This document shows, piece after piece, positions 37,799-51,469 of a DNA stretch of 64,000 nt; the first letter of the stretch is position 1, and each line of letters starts with the position of its first letter. Both the position numbers and the translations under genes were made by a program. Origin of the DNA: Squalus acanthias (Eukaryota). The stretch is taken from contig JASTWF010000036.1 in assembly GCA_030390025.1 (NCBI GenBank), positions 3,536,001 through 3,600,000 on the forward strand. Reading direction: 5' to 3'. Below the pieces are notes generated by a model, which was given only the letters and a program-made list of their open reading frames with translations, did not search any database and was not told the origin of the DNA.

Positions 37799-38680
37799 TG
37801 TCAGCTGTGGCTCAGTGGGCAGCCTTCTCACCTGAGTTCGAAGGTTGTGGGTTCTAAGCCCCAGTTCAGGGACTTGAGCACAAAATCCAGGCTGACACTC
37901 CAGTGCTGCACTGTTGGAGGTGCTGAGGGAGCGCTGCACTGTCGGAGGTGCTGTCTTTTGGATGAGACGTTAAACCGAGGCCCCGTCTGCTCCCTCAGGT
38001 GGATGTAAAAGATCCCACGGCACTATTTCGAAGATGAGCAGGGGAATTCTCCCCGGTGTTCTGGCCAATATTTATCCCTCAACCAGCATCACTAAAAAAA
38101 AGAGATTATCTGGTCATTATCTCATTTCATAGAAACATAGAAAAATAGGAGCAGGAGTCGGCCCTTCGAGCCTGCTCCGCTATTCAATATGATCATGGCT
38201 GATCCTCTATCTCAATACCATATTCCTGCTCTCTCCCCATACCCCTTGATGCCTTTTGCGTCTAGAAATCTCATCTATCTCCTTCTTAAATATATTCAGT
38301 GACTTGGCCTCCACAGCCTTCTGTGATAGAGAATTCCACAGGTTCACCACCCTCTGAGTGAAGACATTTCTCCTCAATCAGTCCTAAATGTCCTACCCCG
38401 TACCCTGAGACTATGACCTCTCGTTCTCGACCCCCCAGCCAGGGGAAACATCCTCCCTGCATCCAGTCTGTCTAGCCCTGTCAGAATTTTATACATTTCA
38501 ATGAGATCCCCCCTCATTCTTCTAAACTCTAGTGAATACTGTTTGTGGGAGCTTGCTGTGCACATATTGGCTGCCACATTACAACAGTGACTACACTTCA
38601 AAAAGTACTTCATTGGCTGTAAAGCGCTTTCGGACATTCTGTGATAATGATAGGTGCTATATAAATGCAAGTTCTTTTTT
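37799..38680 (+). mobile_element. DeuSINE interrupted by a CR1 3' fragment (38128-38535, -)
   Basis: The SINE resumes at ctgtttgtgggagc after the CR1. Confidence 0.85.
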
Positions 38681-40299
38681 CCTTTTTCGTGACGAGGGGA
38701 GGGAATTAAGGAACTAGCGTGAAGACTTTTGGTGGGCCCAAGCCCTCCCAATAACTCAGTAGGTAAGTACACTGCCTAAAAAAGAGGAAGAAACAACTTG
38801 CATTTACATCTTCAGGGTGTTCCAAAGCGCTTCATAACCAATGATTTACTTTGGAAGTGCACTTACTGTTGTTGTCTAGGCAAGGGCGGCACATAACTTG
38901 TTCAGGGCAAGGTCCCGCAAACAGCGATGAATGAGATGAATGACCAGAAAATCTGTTTGTTTTGTTGAGGGAGGAACGTTGGCAAGGAGAGCTCCTCTGC
39001 TCTTCATTGAATAAGTGCCCTGGGATCTTTTATGTCCACCTCAACAGGCAGGCAAAGCCTCCCTTTACTGTCTCACCCGAAAGACGGCACCTCCGACAGT
39101 GCTGCGCTCCCTCAGTATTGCACTGAAGTGACATCCTAGATTATGTGCTTAAACCCACAACCTTTGTGGCCAGTGTGGAACTGAGCCTTATATATCAGGA
39201 AGCTCGCAGACTCATCCCTGGCCTGCGTTGAGCTAGTTGATCTCAGCCTGGGTTCGGACCCTGCAATTGACCTCAGTGCCTCCCTGCTTTCTGCTCCTGA
39301 TCATGGGAACATAGGAACAGGAGTTGGCCATTTAGCCCCTCGAGCCTGAGATCATGGCTGATCTGTGACCTAACTCCATATCGCCACCCAGTGACCACCG
39401 CTGGAAAGTGGGCATGTGCGAGGATGGGATTGGATTCAGCCGTGAGTGGCTCCCTCATGGTGCAGGAACCTGCTGCAATCACTGTCTACCTGAGCATAAG
39501 TCAGTGCCCTTGGGAGAACAAGAAGTGAAAACTAGTGGAAGGGGGAGAAAAGACTTAACTAAAAATGTGTCCAGTTTGGGGAAACTTGGGATGCGTGGGT
39601 TGGAGAGCTATCAACACTATCCGCTTCTGACTAAGTTAATATTTTACAGTATTTACTTGAAGATGTTTGCTGTGAACAGGCTGACATTTGGAGACGTATC
39701 CCAGCTGTTTTCAGAATCTATTGATATAGAAGGCGGGCCTGCTTGTTATTGTACATTTGAAGGGCAGTTAGGGATGGGCAATAAATGCTGGCCTTGCCAG
39801 CGACGCCCACATCCCACGAATGACAAAAAGAAAAGTTGGCACCTGGTTTGAAAGTAATCCATGTTATGCATCTGACAATAGTTTTCACTCCTGTAAAGTA
39901 CATAGAGAATGTTTGCAATGCTCAGCTAACAGTAGGCACATGCTTTCTTGTAAGTGCAAAGTGGGTACAGTGTAGACATAATGGAGTGTATTTTCTGATG
40001 GGCAAAGCTCAGGTATGGATGGTTAGCACACCATTGTGACGCGCTTAATGGCATCATCCCAGTGATCCCCTCTCGTGGTGTCAGGACATCAGCACTTCGC
40101 ATATGTGCACTACTTGGGCTTGCTGGTTCTCTGATTGACGGGATGTGACAAGTGGTGCTCCCATGGGATCGGCACTGGGACCTCAGCTTTTCACCATATA
40201 TATTAATGACGTGGTTAAGTAATAGAGTTCTACATCCAAGTTTGCAGATGGCACTAAGTTAGAATGTGCAGTACGTAGTGTAGCTGGGAGCAGGGAGTT

Positions 40300-41278
40300 A
40301 CAACAACAACTTGTATTTATATAGCGCCTTTAACGTAGTAAAACGTCCCAAGGCGCTTCACAGGAGTGTTATAAGTCAAAAAATTGACACCGAGCCACAT
40401 AAGAAATTAGGGCAGGTGACCAAAAGCTTGGTCAGAGAGGTAGGTTTTAAGGAGCGTCTTAAAGGAGGAAAGAGGTAGAGAGGCGGAGAGGTTTAGGGAG
40501 GGAGTTCCAAAGCTTAGGGCCTAGGCAACAGAAGGTACAGCCACCGATGGTTGAGTGATTATAATCAGGGATGCTCAAGAGGGCAGAATTAGAGGAGCGC
40601 AGATATCTCGGGGGGGGGGGGGGAGGGGGCTGTGGGGCTGAAGGAGATTACAGAGATAGGGAGGGGCGAGGCCATGGAGGGATTTGAAAACAAGGATGAG
40701 AATTTTGAAATCGAGGTGCTGCTTAACCAGGAGCCAATGTAGGTCAGCGAGCACAGGGGAGATGGGCGAACGGGACTTGGTGCGAGTTAGGACATGGGCA
40801 GCTGAGTTTTGGATGACCTCAAGTTTACGTAGGGTAGAACGTGGGAGGCCAGCCAGGAGTGCGTTGGAATAGTCAAGTCTAGAGGTAACAAAGGCATGGA
40901 TGAGGGTTTCAGCAGCGGATGAGATGAGGCAGGGGCGGAGACGGGTGATGTTACGGAGGTGGAAATAGGTGGTCTTAGTTAAGCCACGGATATGTGGTCG
41001 GAAGCTCATTTCAGGGTCAAATATGACACCAAGGTTGCGAACAGTGTGGTTCAGCCTCAGACAGATGTTAGGGAGAGGGATGGAGTCAGTGGCTAGGGAA
41101 CGGAGTTTGTGGTGGGGACCGAAAACAATGGCTTCAGTCTTCCCAATATTTAATTGGAGAAAATTTCTGCTCATCCAGAACTGTATGTCAGACAAGCAGT
41201 CTGACAATTTAGGCACCGTGGAGGGGTCGAGAGAAGTGGTGGTGCGGTAGAGCTGGGTGTCGTCAGCGTACATGTGGA
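40300..41278 (-). mobile_element. L2 LINE 3' fragment (RT)
   Basis: ORF with FHMYADDTQLY, NFLQLNIGKTE, VRNLGVIFD and AFVTSRLDYSNALL. (GTT)n tail. Confidence 0.92.
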
Positions 41279-41629
41279 ATACAAAGGGGCATAGACAGAT
41301 TAAGTGAGTGGGCAAAACTATGGCGGGTGGAGGGTGGTGGTGGTTGGGGACTGGTTGGGCCACAGTTCAAGGAAGAAATGGAAATTCTGGGCCGTTAACA
41401 ACCCAATCACAAACTTCTAAAGAAAAGCGAACAGACATTCAGTGGTTAATAAAGGACTTTAATTCACACATTGTTGCACGAATGGATGGGAAATCTGCCC
41501 GAGTTCTCCTCATCCAGCAGGGCTGGTGTTTGAAAGTCAGCCACAGCTGATCAATACCACAATAATGGGGCAAAATATCTTGAAGCAATCAAACTTAAGC
41601 AGCGCTGAAGGAGACGATGGCCACAATCA

Positions 41630-42760
41630 TTAAACAAAATTAGGACTCATGGGATTGGGGGTAATATACTAGCATGGATTGAGGATTGGTTAACAGACAG
41701 AAAACAGAGAGTAGGAATAAACGGGCCATTTTTGGGTTGGCAGGCTGTAACTAGGATCAGTGCTTGAGCCTCAGCTATTCACAATCTACATCAATGATTT
41801 GGATGAGGGGACCAAATGTAATATATCCAAGTTTGCTGATGATTCAAAGCTGGCTGGGAATGTAAGTTGTGAGGAGGATGCAAGGAGGCTTCAAGGGGAT
41901 ATAGACAGGCTAAGTGAGTGGGCAAGAACATGGCAAATGGAATATAATGTGGAGAAATATGAAGTTATCCACTTTGGTAGGAAAAATGGAAAAGCAGAGT
42001 ATTTTTTAAATGGTGAGAGATTGGGAAATGTTGGTGTTCAGAGGGACCTGGGTGTCCTTATACACGAATCACTGAAAGTTAACATGCAGGTACAGCAAGC
42101 AATTAGGAAAGCAAATGGTATGTTGGCCTTTATTACAGGAGGATTTGAGTATAAGAGTAAAGACGTCTTACTGCAATTATATCGGGCCCTGGTGAGACCA
42201 CACCTGGAGTATTGTGTACAGTTTTGGTCTCCTTACCTAAGGAAGGATATACTTGCCATAGAGGGAGTGCAACGAAGGTTCACCAGACTGGTTCTTGGGA
42301 TGGGGGGGATTGTCCTATGAGGAGAGATTGAGTAGACGAGGCGAATATTCTCTAGAGTTTGGAAGAATGAGAGGTGACCTCATTGAAACATACAAAATTC
42401 TTACAGGACTTGACAGGGTAGATGCAGGGAGGATGTTTCCCCTGGCTGGGGAGTCTAGAACCAGGGGTCACAGTCTCAGAATAAGGGGTCGATCATTTAA
42501 GACTGAGATGAGGAGAAATGTCTTCACTCAGAGGGTGGTGAATCTTTGGAATTCTCTACCCCAGAGGGCTGTGGAGGCTCAGTCGTTGAGTATATTCAAA
42601 ACAGAGATTGATAGATGTTTGGATATTAAGGGAATCAAGGGATATGGGGATCAGGCGGGAAAGCGGAGATGAGGTAGAAGATCAGCCATGATCTTATTGA
42701 ATGGCGGAGCAGGCTCGAAGGGCCAAATGGCCGACTCCTGCTCCTATTTCTTATGTTCTT
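41630..42760 (+). mobile_element. CR1 LINE 3' 1.1 kb (frameshifted RT)
   Basis: LFTIYINDL, SKFADD and the RT C-terminus in ORFs 41760-42320 and 42295-42672. Confidence 0.92.
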
Positions 42761-43769
42761 AATCATGCGAATCCGACTGCCTGACTTTAATAAGAGCTGG
42801 GACACAGTGACCAAGGTCTATCATTGAAGCATGACATCGATCCGGTGTGATTGCAGAATGCTTTTCTGTTCACTGCTGATGAGCGGAGAGTGTGGATAAT
42901 GGCCTCAGCAGTAAGCAGCGGTCTGCCTGCCATGTGGTAAACTGCTTTATTCAGGTTGCCAACCCTCCCGGATTGGCCTGGAGCCTCCAGGAATTGAAGA
43001 TTAATCTCCAGGACACTGCTGGGAGCAACCCGGGAGAAAAATCACAGGGGCGTTAAGAAAAAGTGTGCTTTCTTTTTCATTTTCTTTGAACACCTTTGTT
43101 TATTCGTTATAAAAACATTAGAGATGGGAACAAAGGCTGTTTGAACGAGTGGGGTGGTTGGAGGTGAGAGGCCATGTACTGAAACCTCCAGGAATATGTC
43201 CAGAGTTGCCAAACCCTATTTTATATCAAAGCCCTTTTAACTTCGATTCCAGGAGACTGACATGTGTCAGAAAGTTCCCAGTGTTTATGCTTTAAATTTG
43301 TCTCGCTTATCCTGACAGCAAACCTCCAGACCTGTGAAAACCTGCGTCTATGGGTTAAGAGGAGGCCTGCCCGAGGGGTACCAAATTAAGAGGGATCTGG
43401 GTAAGGAAAATCGGGAAAAGCTATTTCCGCTGGTTGCTGAGTCGGTAACTAGAGGGCAGCCATCAATTTAAGAATTTGTTTGTTTTCCACAGAGTGTTGT
43501 TAGCACATGGACTGCTCGACCAGAAACAATGGGGGTGGGGGGGGAAGTTGAATCCTTCATAGTTTTTAAAAGGAAAGTGGATAAATATCTGGAAAAAAAC
43601 ATGTAAAAAGGTCTGTTGGAAGGGCAGGGGAATGGGACGAACTGGATAGCTCTTTTAGAGCCGGCAGAGGTACGATGGGCTGAATGGCCTCCTTCTGTGC
43701 TGTGAAATTCTATGATTTATTTTGTCCGTCCCCCCGCCCCCCAATTTTCTCCTTTCTTTGTTTAGATAG

Positions 43770-44080
43770 AAAGAATGAGATTTCTACAGCGCCTTTCACA
43801 ACGTCTCAAAGCGCTTTACAGCCCATGAAGTACTTTCTGAAGTGTAGTTACTGTTGTAATGTAGGAAACGCAGCAGCCAATTTGCGCACAGCAAGATCCC
43901 ACAAACAGCAGTGAGATGAATGACTAGATAATCTGTTTTAGTGATGTTGGTTGAGGGATAAATATTGGCCAAGACACCGGGGAGAACTCCGCTGCTCTTC
44001 ATCGAAACAGCGGCCGTGGGATCTTTCACATCCACCTGAGAGGGCAGACGGGGCCTCGGTTTAATGTTTCATCTGAAAGG
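43770..44080 (-). mobile_element. DeuSINE, 5'-truncated
   Basis: Family match. Confidence 0.85.
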
Positions 44081-44329
44081 CATAGAATGACCTGTAATTC
44101 ACTGGTGCAGTGGACTAAACAATAGCATTTTGTCTCTGGGACCTGAGTTCAAATCTAGTTCAGCGGCTCCTTTCCATATGGGTCCCCTGCAACGTGAGTT
44201 TGGAAAGTCTCAGTCCAATGGGCATATGCCCACAACACAAAAACTGCCCTAATTCAGCACCAATTGGCTGAGGGCACATTGTTGGTCAGGTAAGTTGAAG
44301 CTTTAGTCTGCATCTAACTTGTGCGCCGA

Positions 44330-46165
44330 TGTCGGCCGTGGCTCAGTTGGTAGCACTCTCGCTCTCTGGAGACCAAAGGTTGTGGGTTCACAGTCCTACT
44401 CCAGAGACTTGAGCACAGAAATCTAGGCTGACACTCCAGTGCAGTACTGAGGGAGTGCTGCACTGTCAGAGGTGCCGTCTTTCAGATGAGTCTTTAACCC
44501 AAGGCCCCCATCTGCCCTCTCACGTGGATGTAAAAGATCTCAACGGCACTATTTCAAAGAAGAGCAGGGGAGCTGTCCCTGGTGTCCTGACCAATATTTA
44601 TCCTTCATCCAACATCATTAAAGCAGATTAACTGGTCATTATCACATTGCTGTTTGTGGGAGCTTGCTGTGTGCAAATTGGCTGCCACGTTTCCTACATT
44701 ACATAGGAACATAGGAAGAGCAGTAGACCATTCAGCCCCTTGAGCCTGTTCCGCCATTCAATGAGATCATGGCTGATCTGTGACCTAACTCCATATAACC
44801 GCCTTTGGCCCCTATCCCTTAATACCTTTGGTTAACAAAAAGCTATCAATCTCAGATTTGAAATTAACAATTGATCTAGCATCAATTGCCGCTCGCGGAA
44901 GAGAGTTCCAAACTTCTACCACCCTTTGTGTGTAGAAGTGTTTCCTAATTTCACTCCTGAAAGGTCTGGCTCTAATTTTTAGACGATGCCCTCTAGTCCT
45001 AGAATCCCCAGAATGATACCCGGACTTCAAGGATTAAGTTACGAGAAGAGATTAAACAAGTTAAGGTTATATTCCCTAGAATTTAGAAGGTTACGGGGTG
45101 ATCTGATCAAAGTTTTCAAGATATTAAGGGGAACAGACAGGGTAGAGAGAAACTATTTCCGCTCTCTATCTACCCTATCTGTTCCCCTTGACATCTTGAA
45201 AACTTCGACCAGATCACCCCTTAACCTTCTGAATTCTAGTGAATACAACCCTAATTTGTTTAATCTCTCCTCGTAACTTAACCCTTGAAGTCCGGGTATC
45301 ATTCTGGTAAACCTACGCTGCACTCCCTCCAAGGCCAATATATCCTTCCTAAGGTGTGGTGCCCAGAACTGCTCACAGTGCTCCAGCTGTGGTCTAACCA
45401 GGGCTTTGTACAGCTGCAGCATAACTTCTACCCCCTTGTATTCTAGTCCTCTAGATATAAAGGCCAGCATTCTATTATTGATTATTTTCTGTACCTGTTC
45501 ATGACATTTTAATGATCTATGTACCGGGACCGCCCCCCCCCCCCCCCCCCTCGCAAGTCTCTTTGGACCTCCATCGTTTCTAGCTTTTCACTATTTAGGA
45601 AGTACCCTGTTCTATCCTTTTTAGGTCCAAAGTGGATGATCTCACACCTGCCTACATTGAAATCCATTTGCCATGGTTTTGCCTATTCACTTAATCTGTC
45701 GATATCGCTTTGTAAATTTGGATATATGACTTTCTATGCCATCATCTAAGTCGTTAATAAATACTGTGAATAGTTGAGGCCCCAACACAGTTTCCTGCGG
45801 GACACCACTAGTCACCTCCTGCCAATTTGAGTACCTACCCATTATCCCTACTGTCTGTCTCCTGCCGCTCAGCCAATTTCCTAACCAGGTCAATGATTTG
45901 CCCTCAATTCCATGGGCTTCCACTGTAGTTAACAGTCCCTTATGTGGGACTTTATCAAATGCCTTCTGTTCACTACTTTAGTCACCTCTTCAAAAAATTC
46001 AATCAGGTTTGTCAGGCATGACCTACCTTTTACAAATCCATGCTGGCTCTCTCTGATCAACTGAAAACAGTGACTCCACTTCAAAAGTACTTCATTGGCT
46101 GTAAAGCGCTTTGGGATAGCCTGAGGTCGTGAAAGGCGCTATAGAAATGCACGTCCTTTCTTTCG
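44330..46165 (+). mobile_element. DeuSINE interrupted by a CR1 (44702-46050, -) that carries an internal inverted duplication
   Basis: The SINE reads cctacattac|aacagtgact across the insertion. CR1 RT motif SGVPQETVLGPQLF. Confidence 0.85.
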
Positions 46166-46620
46166 TTCTATATACCTGACCTGGGAGTGTTTGATGCTCA
46201 TACTGGGTGGCTAAGTTCCCCAGAACTAACATCCTTCACTTTGATAATCATAAAGTTGAAAACCGGGGAAAATATAACATGACAATTGCCTGTTGCAATT
46301 TTTGTCATGTTACTAAACAAGTTTCAAATCCTAATTTCTTCCAAAAACTGAATGGGTGGGAGGGGGAAAAAGCTTACTTAATGTGAAAATTGCCTTCATC
46401 GACAACACCATAGGGGTACCCCTGAATTAGTGTCCATTTTAATGTAGTAAGAAGCACTTCTTCACACAAAGGGTGGTGGGAATCTGGAACTCTCTCCCCT
46501 TAATAAGCTGTTGAGGCTGGGGGTCAATTGAACATTTCAGAACTGAGATTGGTAGATTTTTGTTCGGCAAGGGTATTAAGGGTTATGGAACCAAGATGGA
46601 GTTGCGGTACAGATCAGCCA

Positions 46621-47342
46621 TAAGAACATAAGAAATAGGAGCAGGAGTAGGCCATTCGGCCCCTCGAGCCTGCTCCGCCATTCAATAAGATCATGGCTGA
46701 TTTGGTCTTGGCCTCAACTCCACTTTCCCGCCCGCTCCCCATAGCCCTTGACTCCCCTGTAGCTCAAATATCGGTCTATCTCCGCCTTGAATATATTCAA
46801 TGACTCTGCCTCCACAGCTCTCTGGGGTAGAGAATTCCAAAGATTCACGACCCTCCGAGAGAAGAAATTCCTCCTCATCTCCGTCTTAAATGGTCGATCC
46901 TTTATTCTGAAACTATGCCCCCTAGTTCTAGATTCCCCCACAAGGGGAAACATCCTCCCTGCATCTACCCTGTCAAGCCCCCTCAGAATCTTATATGTTT
47001 CAATAAGATCACCTCTCATTCTTCTAAACTCCAAGGAGTATAGGCCCAACCTGCTCAACCTTTCTTCATAAGATAACCCTTTCAACTCAGGAATCAACCT
47101 AGTGAACCTTCTCTGAACTGCCTCCAATGCAAGTATATTCCTCCTTAAATAAGGAGACCAAAACTGTACGCAGTACTCCAGATGTGGTCTCACCAGCACC
47201 CTGTACAGTTGTAGCAAGACTTCCTTACTTTTATACTCCATCCCCCTTGCAATAAGGGCCAACATTCCATTTGCCTTCCTAATTACTTGCTGTACCTGCA
47301 TGCTAACTTTTTGTGTTTCATGTACGAGGACCCCCAGATCCC
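46621..47342 (-). mobile_element. CR1 3' fragment
   Basis: ORF 46714-47373, RT C-terminus. Confidence 0.92.
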
Positions 47343-47465
47343 ATGGTCTAGTTGAATGACGGAACAATCTCAAGGGGCTGAATGGCCCACTCCTGTTCCT
47401 ATATTCCTTTCGAATGTCCTAAAATCTCAGATAATGGCACTAGCAAAGTAAACTAATTAGGTTAT

Positions 47466-48140
47466 AAACATGCCCTTTTACCTCCACCCTTCCCACTGTC
47501 CAGGGCCCCAAACACTCCTTCCAGGTGAAACAGCGATTTACTTGTACTTCTTGCAATTTAGTATACTGTATTCGCTGCTCACGATGTGGTCTCCTCTACA
47601 TTGGGGAGACCAAACGCAGATTGGGCGACCGCTTTGCGGAACACCTCCATTCAGTCCGTAAGGGTGACCCCGAGCTTCCGGTCGCTTGTCACTTTAATTC
47701 TCCGCTCCACTCCCACTCTGACCTCTCTGTCCTCGGCCTCTTACATTGTTCCAATGAAGTCCAACGTAAGCTCGAGGAACATCACCTCATCTTTCAATTA
47801 GGCACTTTACAGCCATCTGGACTCAACATTGAGTTCAACAACTTCAGACTATAACCCCTGCCCCCATTCTTCAGGCTGTATGATTTTGCCATCCCCATTT
47901 GCAACATTTTATCACTCCTGCCTCCTACCTTAGCCAAGAATATTCCTTCAGTCCCTTCCTCCCCTCCCACCCACCAACCCCCCGCCCCTCTCCCTGCCTC
48001 TGCACCTGCTTAAAATCTGTTACATCTCCAGCTTTTTCCAGTTCTGATGAAGGGTCCCAGACCTGAAACGTTAACTCTGTTTCTCTCTCCACGGATGCTG
48101 CCTCACTTGCTGAGTGTTTCCAGCATTTTCTGTTGTTATT
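47466..48140 (+). mobile_element. Penelope-like element 3' part: GIY-YIG endonuclease + hammerhead motif (48038-48079)
   Basis: NLVYCIRCSRCGLLYIGETKRRLGDRFAEH..VACHFN..PSGLNIEF, then AGTT-CTGATGA-A-GGGTC-CCA-GACCT-GAAA-CGTT-AACT. Confidence 0.92.
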
Positions 48141-48798
48141 GGCTTGTCTTCCCCTGACTAGGGAGGGGAATCAGTCAGAGTTCTTGCTTCTGATTGCAAT
48201 CCAATGACTTCTGCTTGAAGTGCACACGTGCTGATTATCATTGGAGAACAGCAACAACAATAACTTGTATTTATATAGCGCCTTTAACGTAGTAAAACAT
48301 CCCAAGGCGCTTCACAGGAGGGTTATCAAACAGAAGGAGGTATTTCAGAGGTGTGGTTTTGTGGTATGAAGGAATGATTGTGTAAAAGATCAGAATCGCT
48401 AGATATTGAAACAGGCTACAAAACAGCAAGGAAGTGAGCAGCGACCGTCTGCTGTGACAAGGCGTGGCATGATGCAGGCTTACGTAAACCCTCCGTTGTG
48501 AGTTCACCTCAACCGTAGCGAGGTCGTCAGGGGAAGAGCCAAGCACAGGCATCTCCACGGGGTGTATGGTGGTCGGGGGTGGGTGCAAGGAAGGGAAGCA
48601 AAAGAGACGTTGAACTAACCAGGGCTGCTCACACATGCCTAGCAACAGCCAGCTATGGAACATGATCCGTGAATTCATCAGAGCTGCTCACCTGCCTGCC
48701 CTGCTTTGCCTGGCAATAGGGGAGTGGCACGAGAAGACCAAGACCAACAAAAATGGCATAAGATGCCAAGGACGGCAAAAATAACCAGTATATTCTAT

Positions 48799-49271
48799 AA
48801 CATAGAGTTCAACAATTTCAGACCATAACCTCTGCCCCTATCCTTTTTTTTCCATTTATTTTATTATTTTTATTTTATTTTATTTTTTTTACTCTCTCTC
48901 CCACGTGGCAGCTGTCTTTCATTCTGCCAGTGCCGTTTACACTTCATCTCGAGCCATCCTTTGTTTCTTAACTTGTCCCATTACCATCTCCTTTTGCCTC
49001 GCACCATCTCTTAATCTCTCTTAACCTCTCCTGCCTTCTATCCTATCACAGACCTTCCCTTTTGTTCTTTCCTCCCCTCCCCCCTTTCCCTGCCCCTACA
49101 CTTGCTTAAAAACCTGTTCCATCTCCAGCTTTTTCCAGTTCTGACGAAGGGTCATCGCCCTGAAACGTTAACTCTGTTCCTCTCTCTACAGACGCTGCCT
49201 GACCTGCTGAGTATTTCCAGCATTTTCTGTTTTTATTTCAGATTTCCAGCATCCGCAATATTTTGCTTTTG
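48799..49271 (+). mobile_element. Penelope-like 3' end with hammerhead motif (49135-49176)
   Basis: NIEFNNFRP* then AGTT-CTGACGA-A-GGGTC-ATC-GCCCT-GAAA-CGTT-AACT. Confidence 0.85.
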
Positions 49272-50089
49272 TAAACTAATTGGGTTAATCCTTAATGCAC
49301 CTCACTCCAGCCAAAAGCATTATTTCACTTGTTTCTCACATTTGCATAATGGGAAGCTGGAACGGCTCCAAAAAGATTGAATGCTTTGGTGATGCAGTTC
49401 CCAGAGGGTTTCCTGTTGGCAGACAAAACAATTACTTCATAAATCTTCCATGAGCTTTTCGCTTTCAGAAATTAAATGTTTATTCACGAGGGATATCTTT
49501 TGAAACTAATACATTTCTGCAGGCCCCAAATGAATTTGGTAGCAGCATAAGTGGCCATAACTTTATTCTAAAGAATTTCACACTTGCCAGATGCTAGCTA
49601 AAAGTAGAAATTATGAGCGTGTAATTGTAACAGAGGAACAGGAGGAGGCCATTCAGCCCCTCGAGCCTGTTCCGCCATTCACTGATCTGCACCTCAACCC
49701 CATTCACCCGCCTTTGATCCATATCCCTTAATACCCTTACCCAACAAAATCGAGCGATCCCAAACTTGAACATTTCCGTTCCCCCAGGCTTCCCTCCCCC
49801 TCCCTCGACCGTGATCTCCTCCAGACTCCCACCTCCCCCTCACCTTACTTTATACCGGGAACCGCTCCCTTGGGTCCCCAACGGCCGCCTCCGGCTGCCC
49901 GAAATCCCATTCCCACCCCACCGACCACATCCCCATCCCAGCGGGTTCAGGCTGGGAGTCAGTCTTGGAACATGGAAATGAGGTTGGGGAGTTAAGATCT
50001 CCCAGGTCTTGGGCTGCAGGGGAGAGGCGGGGTAGGTGTGGGCTGGATGATTTGTCGCTCACCTCTGCAGGCTCCACTCATTTTTAAAA

Positions 50090-50563
50090 ATGTATTCATT
50101 GGATGTGGGTGTCGCTGGCAAGGCCGGCATTTATTGCCCATCCCTAGTTGCCCTTGAGAAGGTGGTGGTGAGCTGCCTTCTTGAACCGCTGCAGTCCGTG
50201 TGGTGAAGGTACTCCCACAGCGCTGACTTTGTTGTCGCAGTTTGGTACAACATAGTGGCTTGCTAGGCCATTTCAGAGGGCAGTTAAGAGTCAACCACAT
50301 TGCTGTGGGTCTGGAGTCATATATAGGCCAGACCGGGTAAGGACGGCAGATTTCCTTCCCTAAAGGACATTAGTGAACCATGGCAATCTGGTAGTTTCAG
50401 GGTCACCATTACTGGTGCTAGCTTTTTAATTCCAGATTTATTTAATTAACTGAATTAAAATTCTCCCAGCTGCCATGGTGGGATTTAAACTCAAGAGTCC
50501 AGATCATTAGTCCAGGCCGCTGGATTACTAGTCCAGTAACATAACCACGATGCTACCGTTCCC
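50090..50563 (-). mobile_element. Meta-domain-type SINE
   Basis: Reverse complement of the 28622-29078 family. Confidence 0.75.
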
Positions 50564-51469
50564 CACTCATGCTTGGATTTAAAATCCAGGCTCAGAATTC
50601 CAACACAGCACTGCAGCCGAGCCAAAGCGATGCACAGCACCCTCCCAAGGCATTGCCTGTATAGAACTTTGCCCAATAATAAATACAGTTTTCCACTTTA
50701 TTCTGCAGAGTTTCAAACTCAGAGTTGGCACGAATTCCCTTGGCGCCATCCAAATGGTAGGATGCCAAGTGTCAGACTTTCTTCACCAAAACTCATTATT
50801 GGGAAAGTTGTGATTGATGCGCCAATCACTCAAGCCCGTGTGTGTTTTATAAATATTTACACAGCACTGCATAAAGTACACATACGTTATTTTTCTGCTG
50901 ACACAGCCCAAGTATATAGTGACATACTTTCTTCGTGGTGCAAACCAGTGAGGAAAGCTAATATAAATTCCCTTTGACTGTGTTATTCTCAGCGATCTCC
51001 TCGCAGACACAGACTGTCAATTGGTCCAAGATGAAAGGAAAAAGAAAGATCTGGTTAAGGGGCCTTGTTAATCCCATGTTCATCTGAACTGTGTTTGTTG
51101 AATCCGTTTCCATCGAAACGGTTGGCGCTTTCCTCAGCATGGCAACAATTTGAAGCGGATGATATTCCTGTCTGGTCAGAGTTGTCATTCAGTTATCAAG
51201 AGGGTTCATCGAATCATAGAAGAGGGTTGAAGCTGTTTCAGTCCCATTGGAGCATGCTATCTGAAGGACGAGCGTCCCACAGTGCTTTCTGACCCGACCC
51301 CTGCTCTCAGTCACGCGCTAAGTGATTCAAACTCCCTCTGGCTTTACCGAACTGCTACTTGATACGAAGTGCATGAGATAATAAGTGTCATTTTCTTTAG
51401 GGACCAAAGCTAGACTCTCAGCATTGAGGCTTCAGTGCAGCACACTTCTGAGGGCCCATTTGAAAATTT

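Noticed and set aside
48484..48552. Possible minus-strand exon (MPVLGSSPDDLATVEVNSQRRVY|gtaagc)
   Set aside because: Weak GAG acceptor, no homology and no partner exons.
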